A stretch of DNA of 63,924 bases, the filler included, from Phoronis australis (lineage: Eukaryota > Animalia > Phoronida): NCBI GenBank assembly GCA_002633005.1. It is 7 parts of 7 records of this genome, joined end to end, with 100 filler letters (N's around TTAATTAATTAA, not from the genome) between each part and the next. Parts side by side here need not be neighbours in the genome. Positions count along the whole stretch, not along the records: positions 17,592 to 42,041 come from NMRA01001034.1; 6 more parts are not named here. One strand, written 5' to 3'. Below are positions 25,552-37,929 of this stretch, piece by piece. Numbering within the stretch: the first letter of the stretch is position 1; each line of letters begins with the position of its first letter. A program made the position numbers and the translations under genes. The notes under the pieces were generated by a model. That model was not told where the DNA came from. It did not search any database and saw only the letters and a program-made list of their open reading frames with translations.

Positions 25552-27035
25552 TTGCAAGCAATATATACTACAACACTTCCGTCTCAAAAATTCAAAGACA
25601 TCCTTTCTCTTAATTGTGTCCCTTAGTCCTCTTCAGTTTAAAGATAAGATACTAACCATGTTCCGACAAAAGACATGACAAATCGGGTCTATCAATTAAA
25701 ATACTTAGTGTGATGTATATAGAACGTACACAAGTTGGTGAATCAACAAAAATCTCGCCCAAAAATATGTAAGAAAACAAAAAGGGAGTGGCTAAAGTGT
25801 ACTTCACCACCTCCATGATACACACTGGACATCAGCTAAGACGATACCCGCATTCATAGACCTGTGTTGATATGCAAATCAGTTGTAGACACAATGAAAG
25901 ACTCAACTGAATAGAACACTGCCCACATCAGTCAACTTTACATGCAGATGTAATGGCCCGATGCCTAAAAACAAGCATAGAAAGGGCTGGCAATGCTCTA
26001 TCTGTTACAGAGCCAAATCAATAGTTATCATACCGTAGAAAAGAAACGAAAATCATACATACCGTCAGCAAAAAGCTGTGTAAGCATATCATATGAGCAA
26101 TAAAGCAAACAATATTTTGCAGTCTTTTAATTAATGAAATTTTGGAAACACTATCTACACTCACACGCAGTCACTGGACTTGTTTAACCTGACGACTCTC
26201 GCAAGTACGCAGGAATGTCGTGAAAATTATCCACAGAATACGACTTACGATCAATATGAAGTGTGTCTCTGGTTAGGAAAACAGATTTTACTGAAGGACA
26301 CGTCTTTGCAGCTTTCAAAATCGGGACGAGCGGCTTTCTCCTCTGTACCATTAGCCAGGGGAGATCTTCATTCACAAAGAATTCTGTACCTTTGAAGTTC
26401 TTGCGCCCCGACCAAATTTTCTCTCTTTGTTCGAAAAAGGTGAATTTTGCAATTATTGCCCGAGGTTTTCCATTCTTTTTCACTCCTGTTCTATGCACAC
26501 GCTCGAATGAGATGTCTGTTATGTTGAAAAACGTTTTCAAAACGGAGCATAACTTTTCTTTACAGGACTCCCCGTCGCTTTCTTGTATGCCACCGAATCT
26601 AAGGTTTGAACGGCGTGCTTGAAACTCGATATTACATAGTTGTTTATTCAGCTTTTCATTTTCCTCCGTCAGCGCCCTTATATTTTTTTCATTGTTTTTA
26701 GAACGTTCGCTACTTTCCTCCGCCAATGAGTGAGTTATTGCAATAGAATTCTTGATTTCCGACAGAGTTGAGCTCATACCTGCTAACTGTTCTTTGATAG
26801 ATGAAAGCCAGGCGGGCTCTGTCTCGGGTACGGTACGAGTTTCGCTACTCATTGAAACTGACCTCGTAGCCACAGAATAATCAGCGATAGTCTTCTTCTG
26901 TTTGGAGCGATCCATCTTTCAAAAACGTGCAAGCAGAAATACAACTACGGTATGAGAAATTTGAATTTCGCGGGGCGTCTCAGCAGAGCTCCTCAAAACA
27001 CGTCTTCTCGCTCCGCCATTTTAACCGGAAGTCCC
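25552..27035 (-). mobile_element. L1/Tx1-clade LINE 5' portion: promoter, ORF1, spacer, start of ORF2 endonuclease
   Basis: 5' end GGGACTTCCGGTTAAAATGGCGG. ORF2 start at 25659 reads MVSILSLN*RGLRDTIKRKDVFEFLRRKCCSIYCLQ (APE N-terminus) and then ends. Confidence 0.8.
26184..26915 (-). CDS. LINE ORF1p (coiled coil + RRM + CTD; Transposase_22-like)
   Basis: Open 243-aa frame with RRSNLRFGGIQE, FERVHRTG, PRAIIAKF and FVNEDL motifs. Confidence 0.85.
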   Translation of the reverse strand: MDRSKQKKTIADYSVATRSVSMSSETRTVPETEPAWLSSIKEQLAGMSSTLSEIKNSIAITHSLAEESSERSKNNEKNIRALTEENEKLNKQLCNIEFQARRSNLRFGGIQESDGESCKEKLCSVLKTFFNITDISFERVHRTGVKKNGKPRAIIAKFTFFEQREKIWSGRKNFKGTEFFVNEDLPWLMVQRRKPLVPILKAAKTCPSVKSVFLTRDTLHIDRKSYSVDNFHDIPAYLRESSG

Positions 27036-29649
27036 AATGATGCATTGTTGGCTTGTTTTAAAGCTTCATTTGGGCAAACCAATCATAAAACCTGTTACAA
27101 TTGTTACAGGTCAAAAGATAAGCAAGAAAGCTTTTAAACAATAACTGCCAACCTGTTAAATCCACTGTCAGCGCAGTTCTGTTGTTTGCAAGTGTAGGCT
27201 ATAAAATATGTCAGCAAACGGTGAACATAGTCTAACAGTCACACAAGAAGCAAAATAAATTTCCTGATGACCCACACGTACACAGCCACTCGGGCTAGCC
27301 ACGGTTAAGAATGAAGGGCACGGTTTCGTAACAGACTGAAGGCGGCGCAGCTGTATTTATTTCTTTCAATATGGAAGGTTAACGCTCGAACCCTTACCCA
27401 GCTGTGCTAGGGATCAAATGGAGTAGAATAATTATTACTGCGATCGCATTCTCCACCGCAAAATCCATTTTTAATCCCTGCAAGGCTAAAAAGTTACACC
27501 ATTGGTTCTTGGTCCGAGGTCTAATCTTTCTAATGGAAATTGAATTTAAAATTGTTACTTGTTTTTAACTTTTCCATGCTCAAAATAAGTGTCAGACTCA
27601 ATAATTCTGCGCTGAAGTAGGTTAAGATTTTTGTGGATGACTGTCTAATAATACTTGTTTGCACTTGATGACCCTAGCATTAAAGCTATGAATTTGAATT
27701 CGAACTTTTGAGTTGCCTCGAGTCGCAGCTCGAGTCTTGGAGTCTCCAAGGGCCAATCAGGACTAGAAACTAACGTGCATAAAGTATTATGTAGTCGATC
27801 ATATTATTTTGAATTTGTATTCAAAGCAGGGCAAAAGTGATCAGAATAAGTTTGAGTAAAATTTCAGGACAAAATTGCAGACGCCTGATTGTTTACAAAG
27901 CCAGCATCTCACTTGTTAAAGAAAAACGATTTCGACCTATATCACCCGACATCAGACGATGTTGGAAGAAGGATAGTAACCTATTTCAGTTGGCTTTTTC
28001 TACTCGACAACTAAACACTGGCACATCATCACATCAGTTTTCAAAAAAACACAGATAAAAACAATACCATGTTTTGTTAGACCCAACAGTATGAATTCAC
28101 TAGGTTTTGAACAAAACGAGCTTGGCCAGCTTCTGTCAGACATTACCAATGTTGAATGTCTCAGTGTGCAACATGGGTCTTTCTAACTTTATTGTGAGGA
28201 GAATCGGTGGAGCTTCCAGCTACGATCTATAATTTACTAACTTGACACTTTCGTTAGAGGAAATGTTCGCAGAGTCGTGCAGTCTTTTAGCTAATTCGTA
28301 TTGCACGCAAAGGAACCGTGGTGATATCTTTCAAAGAGATAAACCACAGATATATAGTAGATACATGCACAAGACGGTTTATTTAACACCAAATACAAAA
28401 CACAAATTGAAAACTGACACACCCTCTGATACCCACGTCATCGTCCTTCAAGTACTTTAGTTTGGAGCAACTTTAAAATCCCCTAAGATGCATTTGATTG
28501 CTCCTAAACTTGCTAATGTCTAGAAGGAACTGAACGAAAATGCTATTTGAACATCATAACGTTAAGATAAGTGCATATGTATTCATCGACAATTTGTAAA
28601 TGCGAAAACAAAAATTCTGCAAATACATGTAGCTGACCTTTGCACTACTGAGTATCATGGGGGCTCACTATGTCACGATGCTTACTGGATATGGTTGAGG
28701 GATTTACTGCAGATCATTTCGACACAACTCGTTCTTAAAAACAGTTCGCAATATTCAAGATACTTCATACTCACATCGTAGTTTTATGTTATGTTTCTAA
28801 CTAATTTGACCAAGAAATCACAGAGATAAGGAATTAGCGTGCATGTTTCTCTTAAAATAGAACCCTAATAACTATAAATTCAAGAGATACTAAAACCCGA
28901 AATGCTAGTCTCAAACCATGTATACGGCGACTAGCGGCAGTTCTTTGAACCCCGTTTGGTCGATTATATCATCGTACCTAAATAGGACCCCTAACTCGCC
29001 ACATTAGACAGGATAAACAAAACTTCCACCTCAAACGTATGGTTTTAAAAGATGGCGCCACATGTATAAATGGACGTTATCAGCGAGAAAAGCAGTCTGA
29101 GGCTATGCTGGCGGAAATAAATTATAATCAATGAGAGAGTATTTCAGCACAAGTAACTGATGATATTACCGACAAGAATTGTTGATTTGTGATAAAATCG
29201 CAAAACAACAAATTTTGTTGTTTTATACCTCTGGTCAAATGTAATAACTTCAAGAAGTCTATACCGTAAACAGTTATTCCAAATGCGTGTTTCTTCCGTA
29301 AAACCCATAATGATCCTAGAAACTTCGCGTGGCCAAGCAATTAAAACCACATTTTTTTATGATAAACTAACAAATATACTTCTTAAATTACTAAAGTACT
29401 CGCATCCCAAAACACAATAGCTGCTACAAAGTTTAAGAGAGGCAAGTTATCCTGGGATCTCCTCATCCATATCACCAGCCGTCGGAAGTAGGTTTGATTC
29501 CAAAACCTGGTACGAGGCCTCTCAGTAGCGAGTCGACAGGGGCTGGCCACGCCACTGTCCATCAGAGGATGGCTTCCAGTTGCGCTGTTCTCGTCTCCAT
29601 CACAACCAGCACTTCACTAAATCGCCTCACTGTATTGCAGTGTTACCTG

Positions 29650-30330
29650 GTGATGAAACATCCCTTTTTTGACCCCATAAGTTGTATCGAACCAGTCCAT
29701 AAAGGTATAAATTTTAACACAGGATTGAGTTCCGGCATAGATATTTTTAATCGATTCATAAAACTTTCTAACTATCTTCAGATCCAGCATTTTAAAAAAG
29801 TAAACTATTTCTATCTACCCAGTCAAAAGCTTTTTCGCATATAAATAAAAGTCACAAAATAAAAATATGGATTGTTTGTTATTCAATCGGTTACGTAGAA
29901 CCGAGGTCAAAACAAAGACCTGATCAACACATTCTCTGTCACGACGAAAGCCATTTAGCTCTTCAACAAGGAGCCGGTCTTCCTCCGCGTACTCAACCAG
30001 TCTATTTTGTTCAATACACTACTATGCAACTTGTTTTTGTTGGACAACAAGCTAATTCCCCTATAACCCAACGGGACGCGCGGGTCCTTCTGTGACCCCT
30101 TTGGAATTGGCATAATAAGGGATTTAGCCCATAAACTAGGAACCATGCCGTAAAGAAAAACCATTTGGAACAAATAAGTCAAAGGGTCAATAGCTTTATC
30201 ATTTTTACATACATGTACTTAATCAATTCCTACTTCTTTATAATATTTAGATTTCATCACTACCCGCGTTACTTAATCGCGAGTAATATTTTTATTCAAA
30301 ATACTATTCTCATCAAAATCAAAATTATAT
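29650..30330 (-). mobile_element. Disrupted non-LTR retrotransposon reverse transcriptase fragment
   Basis: VPSLWAKSLIMPIPKG..KDPRVPLGYRGISLLS and downstream WFDTTYGVKKG (compare GVRQG). Confidence 0.8.
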
Positions 30331-32057
30331 AACGACTCGAGATCAGCTTTATTGAGAAGCATATCAGCATAAAATTCCCGGTAAAAATTATTCACAGTTA
30401 GACCATTGTATAACGTATAACAATAGTATAACCATAGCAACCCAAAATACATCACGGTGGATGTGGAATAACATCTACACTTATTAAACGAATAAGATTT
30501 GTCGTCACTTGCGCTGTCTGAGCGAAATTCATTTTACATGGCAAGGCATTGTACGTTTTAAAGAATTAACCCAAAAACTGGATACCGGAAAAATCTTTCG
30601 CAAATGTCTATTTTACCGAAGCGATTTTTCGTCCAGAAAATTTCTCTGCTAGTAGCTCATTCGGATGAAAGTGGTGGGACTTTCGGAAACATTTATTTTC
30701 ACCACAGCGCCCTCCTTGAGCTGTGGACTTTAATGCAAAAGACTAGAATAAGACACAATACTTGAGATTAGAATATTCAACTCAGCGTTGTTGGCGTCCG
30801 AGGCGGGGACTCATTTACATTCAATACACAAGTCAACCCTAGCGTGTACAGTCGCCAGCCGATTAGAGTGACGTCTTTCGTGATAATAGTTCATTTATTT
30901 ATAGATTCTTACTTGTGTTGACTCGAAATACCAATCGTGTTCTCTATTAGCCCGTTTGACGAGTTTGAAATATTATAACGGTCATTTTATGGACTATTAA
31001 CGAATAGAAAAATACCTTTTTGCCACATCTCCATTCTTTGCACCGAGCCAGATATAAATGATGATCTCGAAAGACCCCAGTTTGGGCTTTTGTTTCTTCT
31101 ATGGGGGCTTTTACGTTGGTGGGGCACTTACGAAAACCCACTTACGTCGCCTGGATAACGTTCTGTAGACTAATTTTCTTACGAGGAAGGTGAGATCACG
31201 AAACACCACGCAAAACCACATGAGTAAAACTCTAGTGCTTCGCGAGGTTGATCAATACCTTATCACTAACCTTGCAAATTTGTGGGCACTGAAGTAATTG
31301 GTTGGTGACATTCAAAAACTGAATTATGGGACGAAAATCATGTATGTAAATTATGAGATATATGCATTTATTGTTTGGGTTCATTTTGCTACATTTAGCA
31401 TGGCTCCTAGCACAAACCAGACGGCGCTGGTTTATTCTGGTTCATGTTGGTCATAGGACGTCGAATAACTTAGCAACGATGCCTGGCTCACTCAATGAAA
31501 GTCAAAGATTGATTTTCGCTGCACAACTTATTCTTTTAATTTAATATTGCATGTCCCAACGTCAATGACAACTCATTCTCTGCGTATACTGCTCTGGTAT
31601 CTTTGGTTCGCAGTAAATGTGCAACAACGCTGTCCCAATGCTACAGAATGTACACCAGTCTTCGTATTCTGCTGCGTTTAAGTAGCAAGTTATAGGACCA
31701 TAGAAAAATGTCCATATTCGGATAACTTCAGTCAGTTGTATTGAGAGGACAATCGTTTTTGTATGTTAGCCACTCTATTGTGCATTGACTCGTGGCACCG
31801 CAGTCAATATTCCACACCGCAAGTCCCTTTAACCCCTTCCCATTTTTGCAGCATTTTTTCACCATGATATTCAACAACATTATGTGTTTATCCTCGGGTT
31901 TGTTTTACTTTTACACGTTTAGAACTCCAAACCAGAAAAGTAAAATCAAATTCCAAAACTCATCATTCTTGAAATTCAACACATGCGAAGCAAAAAATCA
32001 CCAAGGACAATCAAAAACAATACTCAAGAATCTCCTGTTGAAGAAAAACCGAACCAT

Positions 32058-32121
32058 TTATACATATATACATACTACATACAAACATACATACACCCAT
32101 ATACATATAAATACATACTTT

Positions 32122-32152
<31 letters not shown>

Positions 32153-32165
32153 ACCTACATAAACA
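32058..32165. repeat. (TACA)/(CA)n microsatellite
   Basis: Direct reading. Confidence 0.9.
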
Positions 32166-33348
32166 TTACAATACCCGCATTACTACGTGGCAATATGCCA
32201 CAGTGATTACATAACCTGTCCCCTGCTGTATTACACTGTTTTACACACAACGCATCCCAGAGTACAAATATGCACCGTACAATAAGACCACCCGAATCCA
32301 GAACCAAAAAAAGCTCACGCCGGCGATCGTCTGCTCCGTAATGCAGCAGCACATAACGAAAAGATGCTGCGTGTTTACCACGATAAACTGAACTTGTGGC
32401 CTATAGAAATGTTCTAAAAATCATGGTTTATTTACCCTCAATACACGATGCTGCTTTATATGACTCACATTCCATACTCATCAACATGATACACGGAAAA
32501 GTTGACTTATCCTCATACAAGACTGAGATTTCCAGTCGTAAATAAGAGAATATGTGTATTACTTGACACCTGCACACTTTTTCGGCGCTTGGAACCTCAC
32601 GTACTGAAATGGACTCCCTCTGCATCGTCCACATGAACTATTGGTGTAGAAGGACACGGTGTGAGTTTGACATTTTCCTCATCCTCAGAGGACTGAGCAA
32701 TAGGCACTGAAAAAGGTCACGTGGGGAGAGCCTTCCAAAAAAGTTAAATATTTAGATACACAGCTGGTAATGTTTTGTGTAAAATACACAACTTCTGAAG
32801 TTAACTAGAATGGCAGGTAAAAACAATGGTGGTTTTCCTCAATTAAATGTTGAGCTGTAGACAAAAGCTGAGGTTATGTTCATGGCGCGTGACAGTCATC
32901 CAAAAAGCCGGGAAAACCCGCCCTTGGGTTGAGGCTGTAACAATGTATTTTGAATTCAACCCGAACGGAAGAAAATGAGGAAGTAAGGTAACAAAATATA
33001 CGAGCCTATTTGTTGACGTGATTTACAAGTGAAATAAAATTTATGATCGACATATGTACAGACAGATAAAAAGGGTTATACAAGCTTTACTTCCAGAGAA
33101 TGAAAAACAAAACAGTTAGTTGAAGAAGCGTAATCCACTTATTAAGATTTTTATTAACATTTTTCCACTGATACAAATGGCACGATGTGTATATGATCAA
33201 ACACATAAAATAATAACTTGTGTGGGCAATAAAAAGCGAGGTTGCCTCAGCGCAATGAGTGGACTCAGGTAACTTGTGTAAAAAAATGGAACGAGAAAGT
33301 TAAGTGTGACATGATTCCAAATATAAGAACTATGAATAAAGTACTCAC

Positions 33349-33828
33349 CCATTATTTTTGCAAACAGTGTTCACCAACCGGTTGCCTGAACTTCAGTCCC
33401 CTGTAACGTCTTGTACTGCAGGTCCTGAAGAACAGCAGACTCCTGGTACCAACGTCGTCATCTCCGTCGTCAACTTCGTCCTCATCACCCTTGCTTTTTT
33501 CAATTACATCGTCTTCGTCTCCCTCTTCATTTTCCTTTCCCTCGTCATCAACAACTCTCTCATTTATATCGTTGATTTTTTCAAGCTCCATCGACTCGTC
33601 ATCTGCCCGTGCGTCTTCATCTTCCTCAACACTTCCCTCCTCTTGCTCAGGCTGTCCTTCACTCTCCGTGAAATCAACTAGGGCCGACTCGTCTTCAAAC
33701 GCGGCGTCATCTGCTCTCACGCAAAATGCGCACGTTTGCCTTCGACTGGAGAATTTGTATAACTCGTTGCCCACGCTACATTAGAGAGGTTCATCAAAAT
33801 TGCGCGTGCTGGTGGTGCTGACGTGTTC
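33349..33828 (-). pseudogene. Acidic low-complexity exon of an unknown gene, possibly disabled
   Basis: D/E-rich 140-aa frame and a GTGAGT donor at 33348. An in-frame TAA lies just upstream of CSVGNEL if the cag near 33829 is the acceptor. Possible next exon at 32597-32707. Confidence 0.4.
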
Positions 33829-35034
33829 CTGGAGATATGAATTGGAGAGTTGCAGAACAAAATCAATCAGAGAACATGTTTCGGTGGTCTCTCAGGTCCC
33901 AGGATCTAACCTCCGGACTCAAACCAAACCAATTCTGTCACATTCAAGCCAGAACAACTATTCGAAAAGTGCCAGGGTATCACCATTCTGGTGGTGAATT
34001 TTGACAGATTTTCTGTTTCGACCAAGTTCAAGGGTACACCGATTTGCCAGACCTATTACATTGAAATAAAAAATGACACAATTTGTATGAACCACGGAAA
34101 TGCGAGTTGTGGGCATGATTTTTGTTTTAACGTTTGTTGTCGTGATTCATGCCTATAGACCGGCCGGCCAATGATTCAAGCATATAATTCATTGGTTTTG
34201 ATGTTTGATTCAAAGTTCATGTGTATAATTGAGGCTCTTGGACCTAAACCCTGAAGATTATCCAGGTAGCTGTACCAAACCAAGTCGTAAAATTTGCCGA
34301 AAATTTAAAGATATGACGTGGCTTACGAAAGTTGTAACAATCGTTCGTTTTATGAATATGCACTCGACGTAATTTCAACACATGAACTGTCACATATACG
34401 GACAGACCTGGCAGTCGAAAAGTAAGATTCTTGGAAAATTTAAATGTCGATTAGGTGGTAAACTTTACCATTCATTTGGGTGAAATATTTGAAGCGGTAC
34501 ATCTATAATTAAATCTTTTGGAATTTATTACAATATTCAAAGGACGTTACAGATCCGAGTGGCACATTTCAGTTCGTATCAAAGGTCCAATTTCGCGAAA
34601 GTTGTACAACGTCAAAGAAACTTTGATGACATTTTTTGAATTTTGATTAATCACGTTTGAAGTTTTCAAATTGTTACGCTTTATGTTATGTCAGTGCAGC
34701 AAATCCGTTTCTCTACGACCGTACTAAAAATGGCATTGTTTTGCATTAATACTTTTGAGAAATGATAGGTGAAAGAAAACCCTGAAAATGAAATATAAAC
34801 CCAAAACCGCTCAGTAATGACCTCACAGAAAAATTCACACGAACAAAATTTAAAAGTTCAAAATGAAGTAAAAATCGTCTTGTGTAAAAATCGCACTTAT
34901 TTATACATAAACATCTGATTCGTACTTCAAAACAAGATCAACTAACGGAGACAAAATTCATCTTGCCCCTGTCTCAGCAAACACAAACTAAATAATCGTA
35001 CACCATCAAACCGTATCTTAGTAGTTTAAAATGA

Positions 35035-35413
35035 GATATATATATATATATATATATATAAATTATTACATGGCGAAGTCGTTATCCCCCGTTATCTAGA
35101 GCCCGAGTGGATTTTGGAGAATTATCTCCCGAGGGGCGTAAGCCCAAAGGGTGATAATTCTCCAAAATTCACTCGGGCTCTAGATAAGGGGATAACGACT
35201 GAGAACATGTAATAATCTATTTACACCACATACTGAACGAGAAACATTGCCGTCAGCAGCTGAGTGATGCAGTGGTAAAATCGACGACTCGAAACTCCTA
35301 CGGCCCGGGTTTGAAACCGCCTCGGTTCTCGCCAAAATGATATCTGACTAGTGAGAAATCTAAATGGGATATTACACGGTGGTATTTGCCATTCTAGGCC
35401 AATATTGTGGTAT
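35035..35413. mobile_element. Palindromic non-autonomous element: (AT)n, 155-bp hairpin, tRNA-like segment
   Basis: Inverted repeat 35062-35216 closed by GGGC-GTAA-GCCC, with A-box/B-box-like sequence at 35256-35330. Confidence 0.6.
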
Positions 35414-36849
35414 AAGATTACACTTTTCCAAGCTTGAAAAGACGGGCCTTGAACCTGTCATTAAATAGCGACATTTTTATTACGCTTGAAAAGACGATAC
35501 GTGACTTGGCAAACTTCAGCGAATCGCGCTTGAACTTGGATTAAGATGTCGTACGACTTTTGAATTTATTTTCAGTTGTTCTCATAAGCACGTCAACGGT
35601 GTTTAGAGTCCAGTTGAACAAACTCCTAATAACATTCTTTGTTAGAAATTTAAAGAACACGCTTGAATAATCTTTCCTCAATAACTTTTCAAGCTGGAAA
35701 GTAGGTCTTGTTGCTGAAACTGAGCACTATTATACAAGCTTGACCAATATTTTTTATGGTTGAGCAATATTTTTCAAGCTTTATCACCATATAATCTCAT
35801 CAAAGCTTGTTCACTAAGCTCAAAAGTATCGAAGGATGTTGAATTTGCTTGCTTCTAATGTGAAATATGATCATGTTTGGTAAGAACAAAATGACCACAT
35901 TTAAGGTAACTTAAGGTCGTGAATGTTATGTTTGATTGACTATTTTTTAATTTCAAGAATTGTTGATATTGATAATAACGCCTTTTAAAAAATCTAAATT
36001 TTCGTCTTGCTGATGGTCCCTTAAATATTTAAAAACTTCCTAACCTTGTTAGATTTTTGTTTTGCACATATAACATGTAAAAGAAATAAATGATTTGACA
36101 ACGCAACAAAAAATGATATATTTTGCATATAAATCACAAAAATATTTAACATTCGTAATACAAACAATTTATGTTACTGAGACTACGAAACTAAATCCTT
36201 ACTCGCTTTCATGTTCACGCTGGTAAATACATGTTAATCTTCGTGTACAAGGTGACAAATACATGTATTATACAAACTAAGCCAATATTATTCCAGCTTG
36301 GTCAATATTATTCAAGCGTGGCCAATATCGTTCACGCTTATTCACCAACACAGTTTTAAAAGCTTTTTGGACCAATCATTTCAACGTTGCACTCCAACCT
36401 CTAATAACCTTATCCAATGAGCTATATCATATATACCGATACATCGAATGCCAACATCAATCCCGCGCTGCAGATTTTGCGCCGCGCACTCGTGGTACTA
36501 GGTCCCACTCGTTGGTTCTGGTGTTGTTTCTTGCAATAGAAAGAAGAGCGTAAGGTTGGGTGTTTGTTTGGTATAATCGGCGTTCGTTTAGAACTGCAGT
36601 GCTCGTGTTTCCCCCTTTCGTGTTCAGCATTACCCTTACAACCGTTGCCTAACCTGTACAAGTTGAAACTGATTCCTAATCAAACTCGGCTATCACGCAG
36701 CACGATTCGAGTACAGAATTTTAAGTCTGCTCGATTAGCAGACCGTGCTGTTTGTCAATTTCCGAGTCTGAGTCAAGCTTCAAGTAGATCATGGATATTG
36801 AGGCACAAATACATACTTTGCATGTATTTATATGCAAAACATATACAAG

Positions 36850-36922
36850 CTTACACACACTCTCACACACACACACACACACACACACGCGCGCACACGC
36901 ACACGCACACGCACACACACAC
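36850..36922. repeat. (CA)n/(GCACAC)n microsatellite
   Basis: Direct reading. Confidence 0.9.
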
Positions 36923-37929
36923 AAAGGCAAATTGTGTTATGCAACGAATATAACTGAAAGTATCATCTTGTAAACTAGAAACACACACGTATGTATGTCG
37001 GTTGGAAAACATGAATTCGTAACATGATAGTATTCATGACACTCTGGAAAGCAATTTTTAACCTTCGTTTTAACTGTATCAGTCAAATACATTTTTAGGG
37101 TTTGCCGAGTTTTGCAATTGAATACTGTTGCACACATATACAAAATATCAAGCACTCTTACATAAACACAAAATTTGTTATGCACCGAATGTATATGCAA
37201 ATATCATCCCGTAACTAAGAACACAATATATACATGTACGTCGGTTGGAAAAAATAAAAAATGAAAAAACAATATTATATTATTCATGACCCTCTGAAAA
37301 AGTACTTTTAGTCGTCAAATTTATCCCTACTGAAATGTCCACTAGGGTTTACCTAGTGTTGCAATGAGGTTCGTTGTATACTGTTTCTTCAAAAAGGAAT
37401 TATTATCACTTCAAACAGAGGTCGAACCGAAAGTGTACACTACTCAATATATTGTAAAAGGGTACTTATATTGAATGATCACAAAAATTATCAACTGAGA
37501 AAAGAGCACATTTATCTAAGGCAAAGTTATGTTTCAAAACCTTCTTTGTACAAATACTGGGGCCATACCATTGCTTCAAAATGACGTCATCACATAACTT
37601 ACAAGGCCACTATGGGCATTTATAACAGTTAAATTAAGCGAAAACTGCTTCAAACCTAATGGATTACTTCTCTGGCGATTCTGAAGGTAGGCTTACTAAA
37701 AGGTGCATGTATGTTCAAGAACAGAATTTCAAAGAAACACACAATTAATTACTTCACACTACAAACAGTAAAATAACTGAATTCGTTGCCATTTTCATAC
37801 ATCACCAGTTCACTTTGGCTAAACATGGCAAAATGTAGCTCTATATCACACAAGATTATCTTCCATTGCATTAACAAAAACATAAAGTAGTGCCATGATC
37901 ATTTTATAATGTAACTGCAACAAAAGCAG

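Noticed and set aside
26056-26100. Candidate upstream DPP4 exon ending ...FAD G|gtatg
   Set aside because: Lacks the HG motif and lies inside the LINE inter-ORF spacer.
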